From: an uncultured Acidobacteriota bacterium
GTDB lineage: Bacteria; Acidobacteriota; Vicinamibacteria; Vicinamibacterales; JAFNAJ01
Direction of reading: 5' to 3'
DNA: 64,000 nt
NCBI GenBank assembly: GCA_963697285.1
Contig: CAVONI010000001.1
Span: 320,812 to 384,811 of the forward strand
The notes under the pieces were generated by a model, which was not told the DNA's origin, did not search any database, and saw only the letters and a list, made by a program, of their open reading frames with translations. A program made the translations under genes and the position numbers. Positions within the stretch are counted from its first letter, which is position 1, and each line of letters starts with the position of its first letter. This document shows positions 49,572 through 59,722 of this stretch, one piece after another.

Positions 49572-51759
49572 GTGCTTACCACCATTCTCGTCGCCCCTGC
49601 CGGCCACGGCGTTGGCCTGACCAGCGCGTGTCTCGGCATCATCCGCGCCCTCGATCGCCAGGGCCTGCGCGTCGGCTTCATCAAGCCCATCGCCAACCGC
49701 CGCCAGATCCAGACCTCGACGCTGCTGGCGCTCGCGGGCCACTCGTCGGAACCGTCCATCGATCGCGATCTCGCCGACGAACTGCTCGCCTCGGGCGACG
49801 ACCAGTTGCTGATGGAGCACGTCGTCGAGGTCGCCGGTCGCGCGGGCGCCGAGGCCGACGTCCTGGTCGTCGAGGCCCTCGCGCTCGAGCCCGGCGTCGT
49901 GTTTGCCACGCGCGTGAACGCGCTGATGCTCAAGGCGCTCGACGCCGAACTCGTGCTCGTCGCGTCGGCGCGTCGCCAGGAACCCGACCCACGTGGCCGA
50001 GATGCTGGCCATTGCCGCGCGCGGGTACGGCATGATCGGCGAGGAACAGACCGTCGGCTGCATCCTGAACCGGGTCTGCGGCGGCGCCGGTGCTCCGCAC
50101 ACCGCGAGCAGCGAGGCGCTGGGGTCCGCGTGTGCCGAGTGCCAGAAGTGCGACGGCGCAACAGAACAGGCCGCGCTCGAAGCCGCGCACCGCGTCGCGC
50201 TCGAGGCCGAGCACCTGCGCGCGATCGCCATCGTGCCCTGCAACACCGACCTGGCGGCGCCACGCGTGCTCGACATCGCGCGCGTGCTGGGCGCCAAGAT
50301 GCTGTCGGTCGGCCGGGCCGCGACCCAGCGCGTCCGCGACGTCGCCGTCTGCGCCGGCACCGTGCCGACCGCGCTCACCGTCATGAAGCCGGGGACGCTG
50401 ATCATCACGCCGGGCGACCGAAACGACGTGCTGCTGAGCGCCGCCGTGACCGTGCAGGACGGGGTGCCGCTCGCCGGTGTCCTGCTCACCGCGGGCCTCG
50501 AGCCCCATCCCAGCGTCGTCGCCTTGTGCAAGAAGGCCGTGCAGGCCGGCATGCCCCTGATGACGGTGCCCGTCGGCACGTACCGCGCGGTCACCAACAT
50601 CGCCGCCATGGATCCGGGCATCCCGATCGACGACGCCGACCGTGTGGAGCGGACGATGAACGCCATCGCCGATCGCGTAGATGTCGCCTGGGCCGGGAAG
50701 TTCTCGCAGGCGACGCGTGTCGCGCGCCTCTCGCCGCCCGCCTTCAGGCACCGTCTCGTCGAGGCCGCCCGCGCCGACGTGCAGCGCATCGTGCTGCCCG
50801 AGGGCTCCGAGCCGCGCACCGTCGAAGCCGCCTCGATCGTGGCGTCGCGTGGCATCGCGCGCTGCGTCCTGCTCGGCAACCCCGAGGAGATCCACGACGT
50901 CGCCGAGAAGCAGGGCGTGAAGCTGCCGTCGAGCGTCGAGATCGTCGATGTCATGGACGCGATCCCGCGTTACGTGGATGCCCTCGTCGATCGGCGCAAG
51001 GCGAAGGGCATGACGCCCGAGCGTGCGCTCATCGAGCTGCAGGATCCCATCATGCTGGGGACGATGATGCTGGCGCTCGACGAGGCCGACGGCCTCGTGT
51101 CGGGTGCGATCCACAGCACGGCGCACACCATCCGCCCGGCGCTGCAGATCATCAAGACGCTGCCCGGCTGCAACCTCGTGTCGAGCATCTTCTTCATGTG
51201 CCTGCCCGACCAGGTGCTGGTGTTCGGCGATTGCGCGGTGGTGCCGAATCCCACGGCGCCTGAACTGGCCGACATCGCGATCCAGAGTGCCGACTCGGCC
51301 ATCGCCTTCGGCATCCCGGCGCGCGTCGCCATGCTGTCGTACTCGACCGGCACGAGCGGCACGGGCGAAGACGTCGAGAAGGTCAAGGAGGCGACGCGGA
51401 TCGCGCGCGAACGCCGGCCCGACCTGCTGCTCGACGGACCGCTGCAGTACGACGCGGCCGTGATGCCCGATGTGGCGCGACTCAAGGCCCCGAAGTCGCC
51501 TGTCGCCGGGCAGGCCACGGTGCTCGTCTTCCCCGACCTGAACTCCGGCAACATGACCTACAAGGCCGTGCAGCGTTCGGCCAACGTGGTGAGCATGGGC
51601 CCGATGCTCCAGGGCCTCGCGAAGCCGGTCAACGACCTCTCGCGCGGATGCCTCGTCGAAGACGTCGTCTTCACGATCAACCTGACGGCCATCCAGGCCC
51701 AGCAGTCGGCGCGCCGGAGCCAGAAGGTGGCGGCGCCCGCCGGCGTCGTCCTGGCGTAG
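49572..51759 (+). CDS. pta: phosphate acetyltransferase, long form (N-terminal P-loop-like/DRTGG region plus PTA domain), one frameshift near 49980
   Basis: The N-part MLTTILVAPAGHGVGLTSACLGIIRAL... is in frame 0 (ORF 49572..). The rest is in frame 1 (ORF 49993..51759), with IVLPEGSEPR, GLVSGAIHSTAHTIRPALQ, VFGDCAVVPNP and PDLNSGNMTYK. The junction reads ...ASARRQ/NPTHVAEML. Confidence 0.9.
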
Positions 51760-51798
51760 GCGCGTCGTCGCGTGCGCCGGCCGTGAGCGTGGCAAGTG

Positions 51799-51840
51799 AC
51801 TCCCGGAGTGATTTCGCAGCGTCGAAATGACTCCGGGAGC
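51799..51840. repeat. paired ACTCC(C/G)GGAG(T/C) repeat, copy 2
   Basis: ACTCCCGGAGT (51799-51809) and ACTCCGGGAGC (51830-51840), followed by GTTTTC. It lies between convergent pta and the DJ-1/PfpI gene. Confidence 0.6.
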
Positions 51841-51870
51841 GTTTTCTGACCCGCCTCACTCCACCCCAGG

Positions 51871-52452
51871 TCAGAGGCGGATGTCTGCGCCCAGCACTTT
51901 CAGGAACTGCGCCATCCACGCGGGATGCGCCGGCCACGCGGGCGCCGTCACGAGCTTCCCGTCGGTGACCGCCCCCGCGATGGGAATCTCGGCGTACCGC
52001 GCGCCGGCGCCCTCGACATCAGGGCGGCAGGCCGGATACGCCGACACGTGCCGGTCCTTCAGCAGGCCAGCCGCGGCCAGCACCTGCGGGCCGTGGCAGA
52101 TCGACGCGATCGGCTTGTCCTGCGCCGCGAAGTCGCGCACCAGCGCAATCACCTTCGGATCCAGCCGCAAGTACTCGGGCGCTCGTCCGCCGGGGATGAC
52201 CAGCGCGTCGTACTGTGCGGCGGTGGTCGTGGCGAAGTCGGCCGTGATGCCGAAGTTGTGCCCGCGTTTCTCGCTGTAGGTCTGTGCGCCCTCGAAGTCG
52301 TGGATCGCCGTGGCGACGTGGTCGCCCGCAGCCTTCCCGGGACACACGGCCTGCACGTCGTAGCCGACGGCCGCCAACGTCTGGAACGGCACCATCACCT
52401 CGTAGTCTTCGACGTAGTCGCCGACCAGGAACAGGATTCTCTTCGTTGCCAT
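51871..52452 (-). CDS. DJ-1/PfpI family protein (PfpI/YhbO-type)
   Basis: ATG at 52452. Blocks are [24 protein letters not shown], the nucleophile elbow [12 protein letters not shown] and [11 protein letters not shown]. Confidence 0.85.
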   Translation of the reverse strand: MATKRILFLVGDYVEDYEVMVPFQTLAAVGYDVQAVCPGKAAGDHVATAIHDFEGAQTYSEKRGHNFGITADFATTTAAQYDALVIPGGRAPEYLRLDPKVIALVRDFAAQDKPIASICHGPQVLAAAGLLKDRHVSAYPACRPDVEGAGARYAEIPIAGAVTDGKLVTAPAWPAHPAWMAQFLKVLGADIRL

Positions 52453-52517
52453 GACAGCTGTCCTTTCGCGCAGGCGCCACCGGGGCGGGGCGCTCACACA
52501 CTGTAACGCGCCACATG

Positions 52518-52560
52518 ACTCCCGGAGTTGTTTTCGCGCCCGTCACATGACTCCGGGAGT
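52518..52560. repeat. paired ACTCC(C/G)GGAGT repeat, copy 3
   Basis: ACATGACTCCCGGAGT (to 52528) and ACATGACTCCGGGAGT (to 52560), each followed by GTTTTC. It lies in the divergent region between the DJ-1/PfpI gene and 52612. Confidence 0.6.
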
Positions 52561-52611
52561 GTTTTCCTCCTGACGACAGCAACTGCGTCGCGCGCGATCT
52601 ACAATGCGCCA

Positions 52612-53163
52612 ATGGCCCGCTGCATCCTTGTCGCGACGCTGCTGATCGCCACGCTGCTGACGTCTGCGCCCGTGGCCCAGGCTCCGAACCAGTCGGTGCG
52701 CGTCGTCACCGCGACCCTCACCGTCGAGGCGATTCACCGGTCCACCCGCGGTCTCGTCTGCCGCGGCCAGGACGGCATCTCCCACGCCATCACCGTCGAC
52801 CCGAAGGTGACGCTGTACGACGAACTGGCCGAAGGCGACGTCGTCGTCATCGACTACATCGACGCGACCGTCGTCACGCTCAAGCCCGGTGCCGCGCTGA
52901 CGGTCATGTCCGACACCACCAGCGAGGCCAGGGCCAAGGTCACCGATCCGATGGTGAAGGTCGATCAGCAGGTGAGCGCCATCGTCACGATTGACGAGAT
53001 CGACCTCGACGCGCGCACTGTCGTCTACCACGGCAAGGACACGCGTCGGGTGCAGCGCGCGGTGCAGGACATGAACCTGCTCCGCGGCCTGAAGGCTGGC
53101 GACGTGGTCGAGGTCATGTTGACCCGCGAGCGCGCCATCAGCATGAGGCGCCCGGGGGCCTGA
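52612..53163 (+). CDS. secreted hypothetical protein (183 aa)
   Basis: ATG 52612 with signal MARCILVATLLIATLLTSAPVAQA. It contains two similar halves (…VTLYDELAEGDVVVIDY… and …LLRGLKAGDVVEVML…). Confidence 0.55.
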   Translation: MARCILVATLLIATLLTSAPVAQAPNQSVRVVTATLTVEAIHRSTRGLVCRGQDGISHAITVDPKVTLYDELAEGDVVVIDYIDATVVTLKPGAALTVMSDTTSEARAKVTDPMVKVDQQVSAIVTIDEIDLDARTVVYHGKDTRRVQRAVQDMNLLRGLKAGDVVEVMLTRERAISMRRPGA

Positions 53164-53192
53164 GGCCAGGCGTCCTGAACCCTGAGCTCACA

Positions 53193-53264
53193 TGTGTTGA
53201 GGGCGAATCGAATCGAACCCTCAGGTCTGGCGGGGTGATTCGCACGCGCCCCGCCCTCAACACA
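53193..53264. terminator. long imperfect hairpin between convergent genes
   Basis: TGTGTTGAGGGCG (53193-53205) pairs with CGCCCTCAACACA (53252-53264). An inner GCGAATC/GATTCGC pairing is also possible. The right arm overlaps the stop of the aminotransferase gene. Confidence 0.35.
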
Positions 53265-54447
53265 ACTGAGTCGAAGCGTAGTCTGCCAGCGCGTCCGCCG
53301 CCGCCGCCGATCCCGCGCCGGGCGGGCAGCGATGACCCGCGACCCGCAGGCCGTGCTCGAGCGCCGTGAGGAACAGCAGCACGAGCGACGGCGTCGAGCT
53401 CGCGCCCATCAGGCCGACGCGCCAGATCTTCCCGGCCAGTGGTCCGAGTCCCGCACCGATCTCCATCGAGAACGTCGAGAGCAGCGTGCGCCGCACCAAC
53501 GCCTCGTCTACGCCGGCGGGGACGCGCACCGCGTTCAGCGTCCACAGGCGCTCGCCCTCGGGTGGCAGCAGCCCCAGGCCCATGGCCTCGAGGCCCGCGG
53601 CCAGGGCGCGATGGTGCCGTTCGTGGCGCTGCCACCGCTGCGCGAGGCCCTCTTCCTCGACCGCGACCAGCGCTTCCTGGAGTGCGTAGATCAAGGTCGA
53701 CGACAGGGTGTGGTGGTACTTGCGCCTCGCCCAGTAGTCCTCGAGCAGGCCGATGTCGAAGTAGAAACTCCGGCACGGCACCCGCCGCGCGTCGGCCGTC
53801 GGCGTCCACGCCACCGGCGCCATCCCCGACGGTGCGCCGATGCACTTCTGGGTGCAGCTGTAGACGGCATCGAGACCCCATCCCGCGACGTCGAGAGGAT
53901 GGCCCCCGAACGACGTCACCGCATCCACGAGGATGAGCGCGCCGTGCTCGTGCGCGAGCCGGGCGACCTCCCGGACGGGGTTCAGCACGCCCGTCGAGGT
54001 CTCGGCGTGCACGCACGCGACAACCGCGAACGGGCGGGTGCCTGCGCCCGCGAGGGCGGCCCTGACGGCCTCCGGATCGACGGCGCGTCCCCACTCGACG
54101 TCGAGGCGTGTCACGTCTGCACCGTAGCGTCGGCACATCTCGGCGAGGCGGTCGCCGAAGTAACCCGAGACGACGGCGAGCACGCGCGTGCCGTCGGCAA
54201 CGAGGTTGGCCACCGTCGTCTCCATCCCCGAGGTGCCGGTACCCGACACGGCGAAGGTGAACGCGCCCTCGGGGGCCTGGAACACGCGGGCAAGCCTCGC
54301 CCGCACGTCGTCCAGCAGCACGACCAGTTCGCCGTCGAGATGGCTGAGGACGGGGGCAGCCATCGCGCGCATGACGCGCGGGGCGATCGTGCTGGGACCG
54401 GGGCCGAGCAGGAGGCGTTCGGTGGTGGGCAAGGGCAGTCGGGTCAT
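53257..54447 (-). CDS. class V aminotransferase (alanine-glyoxylate / serine-pyruvate aminotransferase-like)
   Basis: ATG at 54447. Blocks are LLLGPGPSTIAPRV, FAVSGTGTSGMET, LVDAVTSFGG and YSCTQKCIGAPSG (PLP lysine). Confidence 0.85.
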   Translation of the reverse strand: MTRLPLPTTERLLLGPGPSTIAPRVMRAMAAPVLSHLDGELVVLLDDVRARLARVFQAPEGAFTFAVSGTGTSGMETTVANLVADGTRVLAVVSGYFGDRLAEMCRRYGADVTRLDVEWGRAVDPEAVRAALAGAGTRPFAVVACVHAETSTGVLNPVREVARLAHEHGALILVDAVTSFGGHPLDVAGWGLDAVYSCTQKCIGAPSGMAPVAWTPTADARRVPCRSFYFDIGLLEDYWARRKYHHTLSSTLIYALQEALVAVEEEGLAQRWQRHERHHRALAAGLEAMGLGLLPPEGERLWTLNAVRVPAGVDEALVRRTLLSTFSMEIGAGLGPLAGKIWRVGLMGASSTPSLVLLFLTALEHGLRVAGHRCPPGAGSAAAADALADYASTQLC

Positions 54448-54536
54448 GGCGAGCCGATTATCGCCGTGGCCGGTCGGCGACGCCAGCACGTGGCCCTGAT
54501 CCTCGCCGGCATGACACAGGCGTTACACTCTCGACC

Positions 54537-55793
54537 GTGTCCCACCCCGTCGACGGTTTCCCGCCAGCGTCCGACCGCCGTACGGCCGCGCAGCACGAGC
54601 GCTGGCAGGTGGGGCTCGCCTCGGTGGCGTACTGCCTCCTGCTGTGCAGCTACTACATCCTGCGTCCCGTGCGCGACGAGATGGGCGTGCAGAACGGCGT
54701 CAACCGCCTGCAGTGGCTCTTCAGCGGAACGCTGGTGCTCACGCTGGTCACCGTCCCCGTCGTGGGCTGGGTCGTGAAGCGGATGCCGCGCGCGCGCATC
54801 GTGCCCGTGGTGTACGTGTTCATGATCGCCAACCTCGTCGCGTTCTACCTGGCGTTCGCCAGGGGGATCGGCGTGACGGGGGCTGCGGCGTTCTTCATGT
54901 GGCTCAGCGTGTTCAACCTGCTGGTCGTGTCGCTGTTCTGGAGCGATGTCAGCGACGCGTTCTCCACCGAGCAGTCGCACCGCGTCTACGGCTACGTCGC
55001 CGGCGGAGGGACTGCGGGAGCGCTGGCTGGCCCGGCGCTCACCACCTGGCTGGCGCCGCGCGTCGCGACCTCGTCGCTGCTGGCGCTGTCGGCCATCCTG
55101 CTCGCCATTGCCGGCCTCGCGCTGGTCGTGCTTCGCCGGCTCGGCTCGCGGCACGTGGAGGCCGATGCCCGGGCTATCGGCGGGTCGGTCATCGCGGGCA
55201 TCTGGCTCACGGTGCAGTCGAGCCGACTCCGCGGCGTGGCGCTGCTGATCATCTGCTACACGGCGGTCTCGACGGTGCTCTACGTCGAGATGATCGACAT
55301 CGTCGGGGCGACCTACTCGGATTCCGGCCGCCGGACGGCGTTCTTCGCGTCGATGGACTTCGCCGTCAACGGGCTCGCCCTGGCGATGCAGATGATGGGC
55401 ACCCGGCAGATCGTGCAGCGTGCGGGACTGCGCAAGGCCCTGGCCGTCGTGCCCCTCGTCGTCACGGGCGGGCTCGTCGCCATCGGGTTCTGGCGCACCG
55501 CGTTCATGTTTGCCGCCGTGCAGGTGGTGCACCGCGCCGGGGAGTTCTCGCTCGTGCGCCCCGGCCGCGAGATGATCTACACGACGGTCGACGCCGAGGC
55601 CCGGTACAAGGCCAAGAGCTTCATCGACACGACCGTCTATCGCGCCAACGACGCCGCGTCGGCGTGGCTGGTGGCGGGCTTGCGCTCGGCCGGGCTCAAC
55701 ACCATCCTGTGGTTCGGGATTCCCGCCGCGATCGCGTGGATGGCCACCGGTGCGAGAATCGGGGCGCGACATGATCGCGAGCAGCCGTCGTGA
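54537..55793 (+). CDS. MFS-type transporter of the Npt1/TLC (ATP:ADP antiporter-like) family
   Basis: 418 aa with about 11-12 TM segments. Blocks are YYILRPVRDEMG, LFWSDVSDAFSTEQSHRVYGYVAGGGTAGALAGP and RAGEFSLVRPGREMIYT. Confidence 0.7.
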   Translation: MSHPVDGFPPASDRRTAAQHERWQVGLASVAYCLLLCSYYILRPVRDEMGVQNGVNRLQWLFSGTLVLTLVTVPVVGWVVKRMPRARIVPVVYVFMIANLVAFYLAFARGIGVTGAAAFFMWLSVFNLLVVSLFWSDVSDAFSTEQSHRVYGYVAGGGTAGALAGPALTTWLAPRVATSSLLALSAILLAIAGLALVVLRRLGSRHVEADARAIGGSVIAGIWLTVQSSRLRGVALLIICYTAVSTVLYVEMIDIVGATYSDSGRRTAFFASMDFAVNGLALAMQMMGTRQIVQRAGLRKALAVVPLVVTGGLVAIGFWRTAFMFAAVQVVHRAGEFSLVRPGREMIYTTVDAEARYKAKSFIDTTVYRANDAASAWLVAGLRSAGLNTILWFGIPAAIAWMATGARIGARHDREQPS

Positions 55794-55930
55794 CGTCCTT
55801 TGCGACTTCGCGGTGGGGCTCCGGCAACGTCACGACCATCGGGCAACAACGGCCTCATCCTCGCGCGGCCATCTGAATCTCGCGAAGGCCGTGGCTCGCG
55901 GCAGGCGGGCGGATTTCGGAAGGGATAGCA

Positions 55931-56758
55931 GTGGACACACAGTCGATCCAGACGCGTCGCCTCGGGACGAACGACATTCCGGTGATCGGGCTTGGCACGT
56001 GGCAGACGTTCGACGTCGGGCGCGGCGCTGCCGAGCGGCTTCCGCTCGAAGAGGTGCTACGGGTGTTCGTGGTGCTCGGCGGGTCGCTGATTGACACGTC
56101 GCCGATGTACGGGTCGTCAGAGGAAGTGGTCGGCGACCTCGCCTCGCGCCTGTCGGTGCACCCGAAGCTGTTCTTCGCCGGCAAGGTCTGGACGGCGGGG
56201 AAGGCGGCCGGCATCAAGCAGATGGACCTGTCGAAGCAGCACCTGCACGTGAAGCGGATCGACCTGATGCAGGTCCACAACCTCGTGGACGTCACCACGC
56301 ACCTCGACACCCTGACGCTGTGGAAGCGCGAGGGCTACGTGCGCTACATCGGCGTCACGCACTACGCGGCCGGGTACCACGACGCGGTGATGCGGGTCAT
56401 GCGGTCGCATCCACTCGACGTCGTGCAGATCAACTACTCGGCCGGCGAGCGCGAGGCCGAGGAGCGGCTGCTGCCAATGGCGCTCGAGCGTGGGATCGCC
56501 GTCATCGCGAACCGGCCGTTTGCCGGTGGCGACCTCCTCAGCCGGATGCGCGGCACGCCGCTGCCGGCGTGGGCCGCGGAGATCGACTGCACGTCGTGGG
56601 CACAGATCCTGTTGAAGTTCGTCGTGTCGCACCCCGCCATCACGTGCGCGATTCCTGCGACGGCCAACGTGTCGCACCTGCGCGACAACATGCAGGCCGG
56701 CCGGGGACGGATGCCAGACGAGGCACTGCGCCGCCGCATCAGCGACGCCGTGGGATAG
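55931..56758 (+). CDS. aldo/keto reductase
   Basis: GTG 55931. Blocks are RRLGTNDIPVIGLGTW, IDTSPMYG, IDLMQVHN and IGVTHY. Confidence 0.85.
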   Translation: MDTQSIQTRRLGTNDIPVIGLGTWQTFDVGRGAAERLPLEEVLRVFVVLGGSLIDTSPMYGSSEEVVGDLASRLSVHPKLFFAGKVWTAGKAAGIKQMDLSKQHLHVKRIDLMQVHNLVDVTTHLDTLTLWKREGYVRYIGVTHYAAGYHDAVMRVMRSHPLDVVQINYSAGEREAEERLLPMALERGIAVIANRPFAGGDLLSRMRGTPLPAWAAEIDCTSWAQILLKFVVSHPAITCAIPATANVSHLRDNMQAGRGRMPDEALRRRISDAVG

Positions 56759-58702
56759 ATGTCGGCGTCGCTCGAAACCCTGTACGCGGCACGACGCATC
56801 GCGAGCCTCGCCGAGCGCGATCGCCGCGATCGGCAGTCGCTCATCTTCTCGGCGGCCAGGTTCCTCATCTTCGCGTGTGCCGTTGCCCTCGTGTACGCCG
56901 CCACGCGGGCCGCATCGATCCCCGCCGTCGTCGCGTGGCCGATCGGCGCCGTGCTCGTCGCCTCGTTCCTCGTCGTGATGGCGCGCCACGAGCACGTCGA
57001 ACGCGCGAAGCAGGCGGCCGCCGCGCGCGCGCAACTCTGCGACGAGGCCGTGGCCCGCATCGCGCGCCGGTGGGACGAGATGCCCCCGGCGCGGGCCGCA
57101 CTGGGGTGCGGCCCCTACACCTCTCCCCCCCACAGCTCTCCCCGCTCCACGTCTCCCGGCACCCAGGGCCGGGCTGTACTGGCGGCAAGCCTCCAGCTCG
57201 CGCATGATGTCGACCTGCTCGCGCACGATCTCGACCTGCTCGGCCATGCGTCGCTCGGGCACCTGCTCGGCCGCACCGCCACGCCAGGCGGGGCCGAGCG
57301 GCTCGCGAGCTGGATGCAGGCGGCCACCACAGGTCACGTCGAACCGACCGAGATCGCGGCGCGCCAGGCGGCGATACGCGAGCTTGCGCCGCTGCTCGAC
57401 TTCCGCCTCGCCCTGGTGTCTGACGCCATGGTGGGCGATCCCCTCGCCCCACACGCCACGGGCATTGTCGACGGCTGGATTGCCGCGCCCCCTTCTCCCG
57501 CGTCGCGCCCGTGGATGGTGCTGGTGGCCCTGGCCATCCCGCTGGCGTCGGTCGCAGTGGCCGCGGGGATGGTGCCGCAGGCCGGGTCGCTGGCGGCGAC
57601 GTTGTCGATTCCGCTCGTGGCCTGGGGCGTGCGCTACGCGCTGGCCACGCCCATCGGTCGCGCGTTCGCCGCTGCCGACGCGCTGTCGGGCGAGGGACGC
57701 CGGTACCTCGCGATGATCCGCGCGTGGGAGGCGTTCGAGCCGACGACCCCCCGCCTGGTGGCGCTGCGCGCACGTCTCAGGCGCTCGCCACGCACCGCGT
57801 CGGCCGAGTTCGCGCGCCTGAAGCGGCTGATCGATCTCGCCGACCTGCGGTGGTCGCACCTCCCGCACTTCTTCATCCACTCGGCGACGGGTTGGGACCT
57901 GCACGTGGCGGCCGCGCTCGAGCGCTGGAAGCGATCGGCCGGACCGCACGTCGCCGAATGGTTCGACGCGCTCGCCGAACTCGACGCGCTGGCGACGCTG
58001 GCGGGGCTTGCGCACGACGAGCCGGGGTGGAGCGATCCGGTCATCGACGCGGCGCGCGATCGCGTCGCGGCGTCGGCGATCGGGCACCCGCTGCTGGCGA
58101 GCGCGGTGCGGGTGGCCAACGACGTCGAGGTCGGGCCGGCTGGCACGTCGCTGGTGGTCACCGGATCGAACATGTCGGGCAAGAGCACGCTGCTGCGGGC
58201 GCTGGGCCTGAACGTCGTGCTGGCCCAGATGGGTGCGCCGGTCTGTGCCACGTCACTGCACCTGCCGCCGCTTCAGCTCGAGACGAGCATCCGCATCACC
58301 GACTCGTTGTCGGACGGCGTGTCGTATTTCATGTCGGCGCTGCTGCGGCTCAAGGCCATCGTGTCGGCGGCCGACGCGATGCAGCACAGGCAGGGCCCGG
58401 TGGTGTGCTACCTGCTCGATGAAGTGCTGCAGGGCACCAACAGCGAGGAGCGGCAGATCGCCGTGCGGCGGATCTTCGCGCACCTCGTGGCCACCCGTGC
58501 GATCGGGGCGATGACCACGCACGACCTCCACCTCGTGCACGCGCCGGAATTCGTCGCCCACGCGCGGCACGTGCACTTCACCGAGCACGTGACCGAGGGC
58601 GCGGGCTCACCGACGATCACGTTCGACTATCGGCTGCGTCCTGGGCCCGCGACGTCGCGCAACGCGCTCGCGCTGATGCGCATGGTCGGCCTGGACGCCT
58701 GA
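56759..58702 (+). CDS. MutS-related protein (MutS domain V ATPase, N-terminal TM segments, no Smr domain seen)
   Basis: Walker A is GSNMSGKSTLLRALG, with SYFMSALLRLKAIV, LLDEVLQGTNSEER and MTTHD. It starts 1 nt after the stop of the upstream gene. A REP-like sequence lies in frame at 57093-57131. Confidence 0.8.
   Translation: MSASLETLYAARRIASLAERDRRDRQSLIFSAARFLIFACAVALVYAATRAASIPAVVAWPIGAVLVASFLVVMARHEHVERAKQAAAARAQLCDEAVARIARRWDEMPPARAALGCGPYTSPPHSSPRSTSPGTQGRAVLAASLQLAHDVDLLAHDLDLLGHASLGHLLGRTATPGGAERLASWMQAATTGHVEPTEIAARQAAIRELAPLLDFRLALVSDAMVGDPLAPHATGIVDGWIAAPPSPASRPWMVLVALAIPLASVAVAAGMVPQAGSLAATLSIPLVAWGVRYALATPIGRAFAAADALSGEGRRYLAMIRAWEAFEPTTPRLVALRARLRRSPRTASAEFARLKRLIDLADLRWSHLPHFFIHSATGWDLHVAAALERWKRSAGPHVAEWFDALAELDALATLAGLAHDEPGWSDPVIDAARDRVAASAIGHPLLASAVRVANDVEVGPAGTSLVVTGSNMSGKSTLLRALGLNVVLAQMGAPVCATSLHLPPLQLETSIRITDSLSDGVSYFMSALLRLKAIVSAADAMQHRQGPVVCYLLDEVLQGTNSEERQIAVRRIFAHLVATRAIGAMTTHDLHLVHAPEFVAHARHVHFTEHVTEGAGSPTITFDYRLRPGPATSRNALALMRMVGLDA
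57093..57131. repeat. REP-like hairpin (GGGCCGCAC-TGGG-GTGCGGCCC-CTACACC...) embedded in coding sequence
   Basis: It matches the left arm of the 48134 element, with compensated substitutions that keep the 9-bp stem, plus the same CTACACC-C-rich tail. Confidence 0.5.
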
Positions 58703-58985
58703 TGGCCTCATTTGTCAACGGATTCCGCTGAGGGAACACAGAGGGGGCGCGCGACGAGATGTTGGCGAGCAGCGATCCCTTAAGTCTTCCGAATGGACGA
58801 CAAGTCGGAGTGGCCACGTCAAGAGTCGGCGGTTCTGGCCGCATTTCCTCGGAATTGCGCTCGCTGACTCGACTGGCGCGGATCTTGTGTAAGGCTGCGG
58901 CACTGGCGTCGCCCCCGTGGTGCGGTCCGTTCGTGGGCACCGCCACCGATCGCCTGGCGTAGGACGGTTTCCTGGAGTGGATGCG

Positions 58986-59477
58986 ATGAAGCGTTGCGTG
59001 CAGGTCTGGCTGATCGTTGTTGCCCTCGTCGTTGCGGTTGGCCAGGCGTCGGCAGCCACCATCGCCGACTTCCAATGGACCGAAGACGCCGCGTTCACGG
59101 GCGACGTCGAGTTCAGGCTCACCAATCAGGACATCCTGGGCCGACCTATTACCGCCGTGGAACTGTACGTCGATAGCGCCCGCCTGGCCGATGCGGAGCT
59201 CTCGGCCATCACGCTCGGCGGCCTTGGCGTCGCTGCGTTCAACGTGAACCCGGCGGCGTTCATCCCTGACGTCGTCCAGACGGCGATGTTCTCGTTCGTG
59301 TTCGAGGGCCTGACCTACTCGGGCACGCTGACGCGAGCCGACCTGGCGCCGGATGCCCTGTATAGCGCCTACGGATACAAGACGTTCGACTATTCCGTTC
59401 CCTCCATTCCCGAGCCGGCGGTCCTGTCGCTGCTGGCGTGTGCCGCAGGCGTGCTCGTTCGTCGTCGTCTCAACTGA
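58986..59477 (+). CDS. PEP-CTERM sorting domain-containing secreted protein
   Basis: ATG 58986 with signal MKRCVQVWLIVVALVVAVGQASA. The C-terminus is IPEPAVLSLLACAAGVLVRRRLN. Confidence 0.75.
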   Translation: MKRCVQVWLIVVALVVAVGQASAATIADFQWTEDAAFTGDVEFRLTNQDILGRPITAVELYVDSARLADAELSAITLGGLGVAAFNVNPAAFIPDVVQTAMFSFVFEGLTYSGTLTRADLAPDALYSAYGYKTFDYSVPSIPEPAVLSLLACAAGVLVRRRLN

Positions 59478-59520
59478 GCGTTTCGCGCACACGCGCGACC
59501 ATTCGTCAGCACCCCGATAC

Positions 59521-59566
59521 GACCCGGGCAACTTTTTTCACCAGGGGTGAGGGAGTTGCCCGGGTC
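59521..59566 (+). terminator. hairpin (13-bp perfect stem) downstream of the PEP-CTERM gene
   Basis: GACCCGGGCAACT (59521-59533) pairs with AGTTGCCCGGGTC (59554-59566). The 20-nt loop begins TTTTTC. Confidence 0.45.
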
Positions 59567-59722
59567 GAGTCGTCTTACCTCTCGCAATCATTCGTCGTGT
59601 TTCCCCTCGTCGCGCGTCCCGCCAGCAGCCCCCAGGCTGGGTGCGGACGAGGTGTATGCAGTCCAGGTTCTGCCCGTCGCGCACCCTCCGTGCGCTGACG
59701 CTGAAGCACATCGGTTGGCGAC

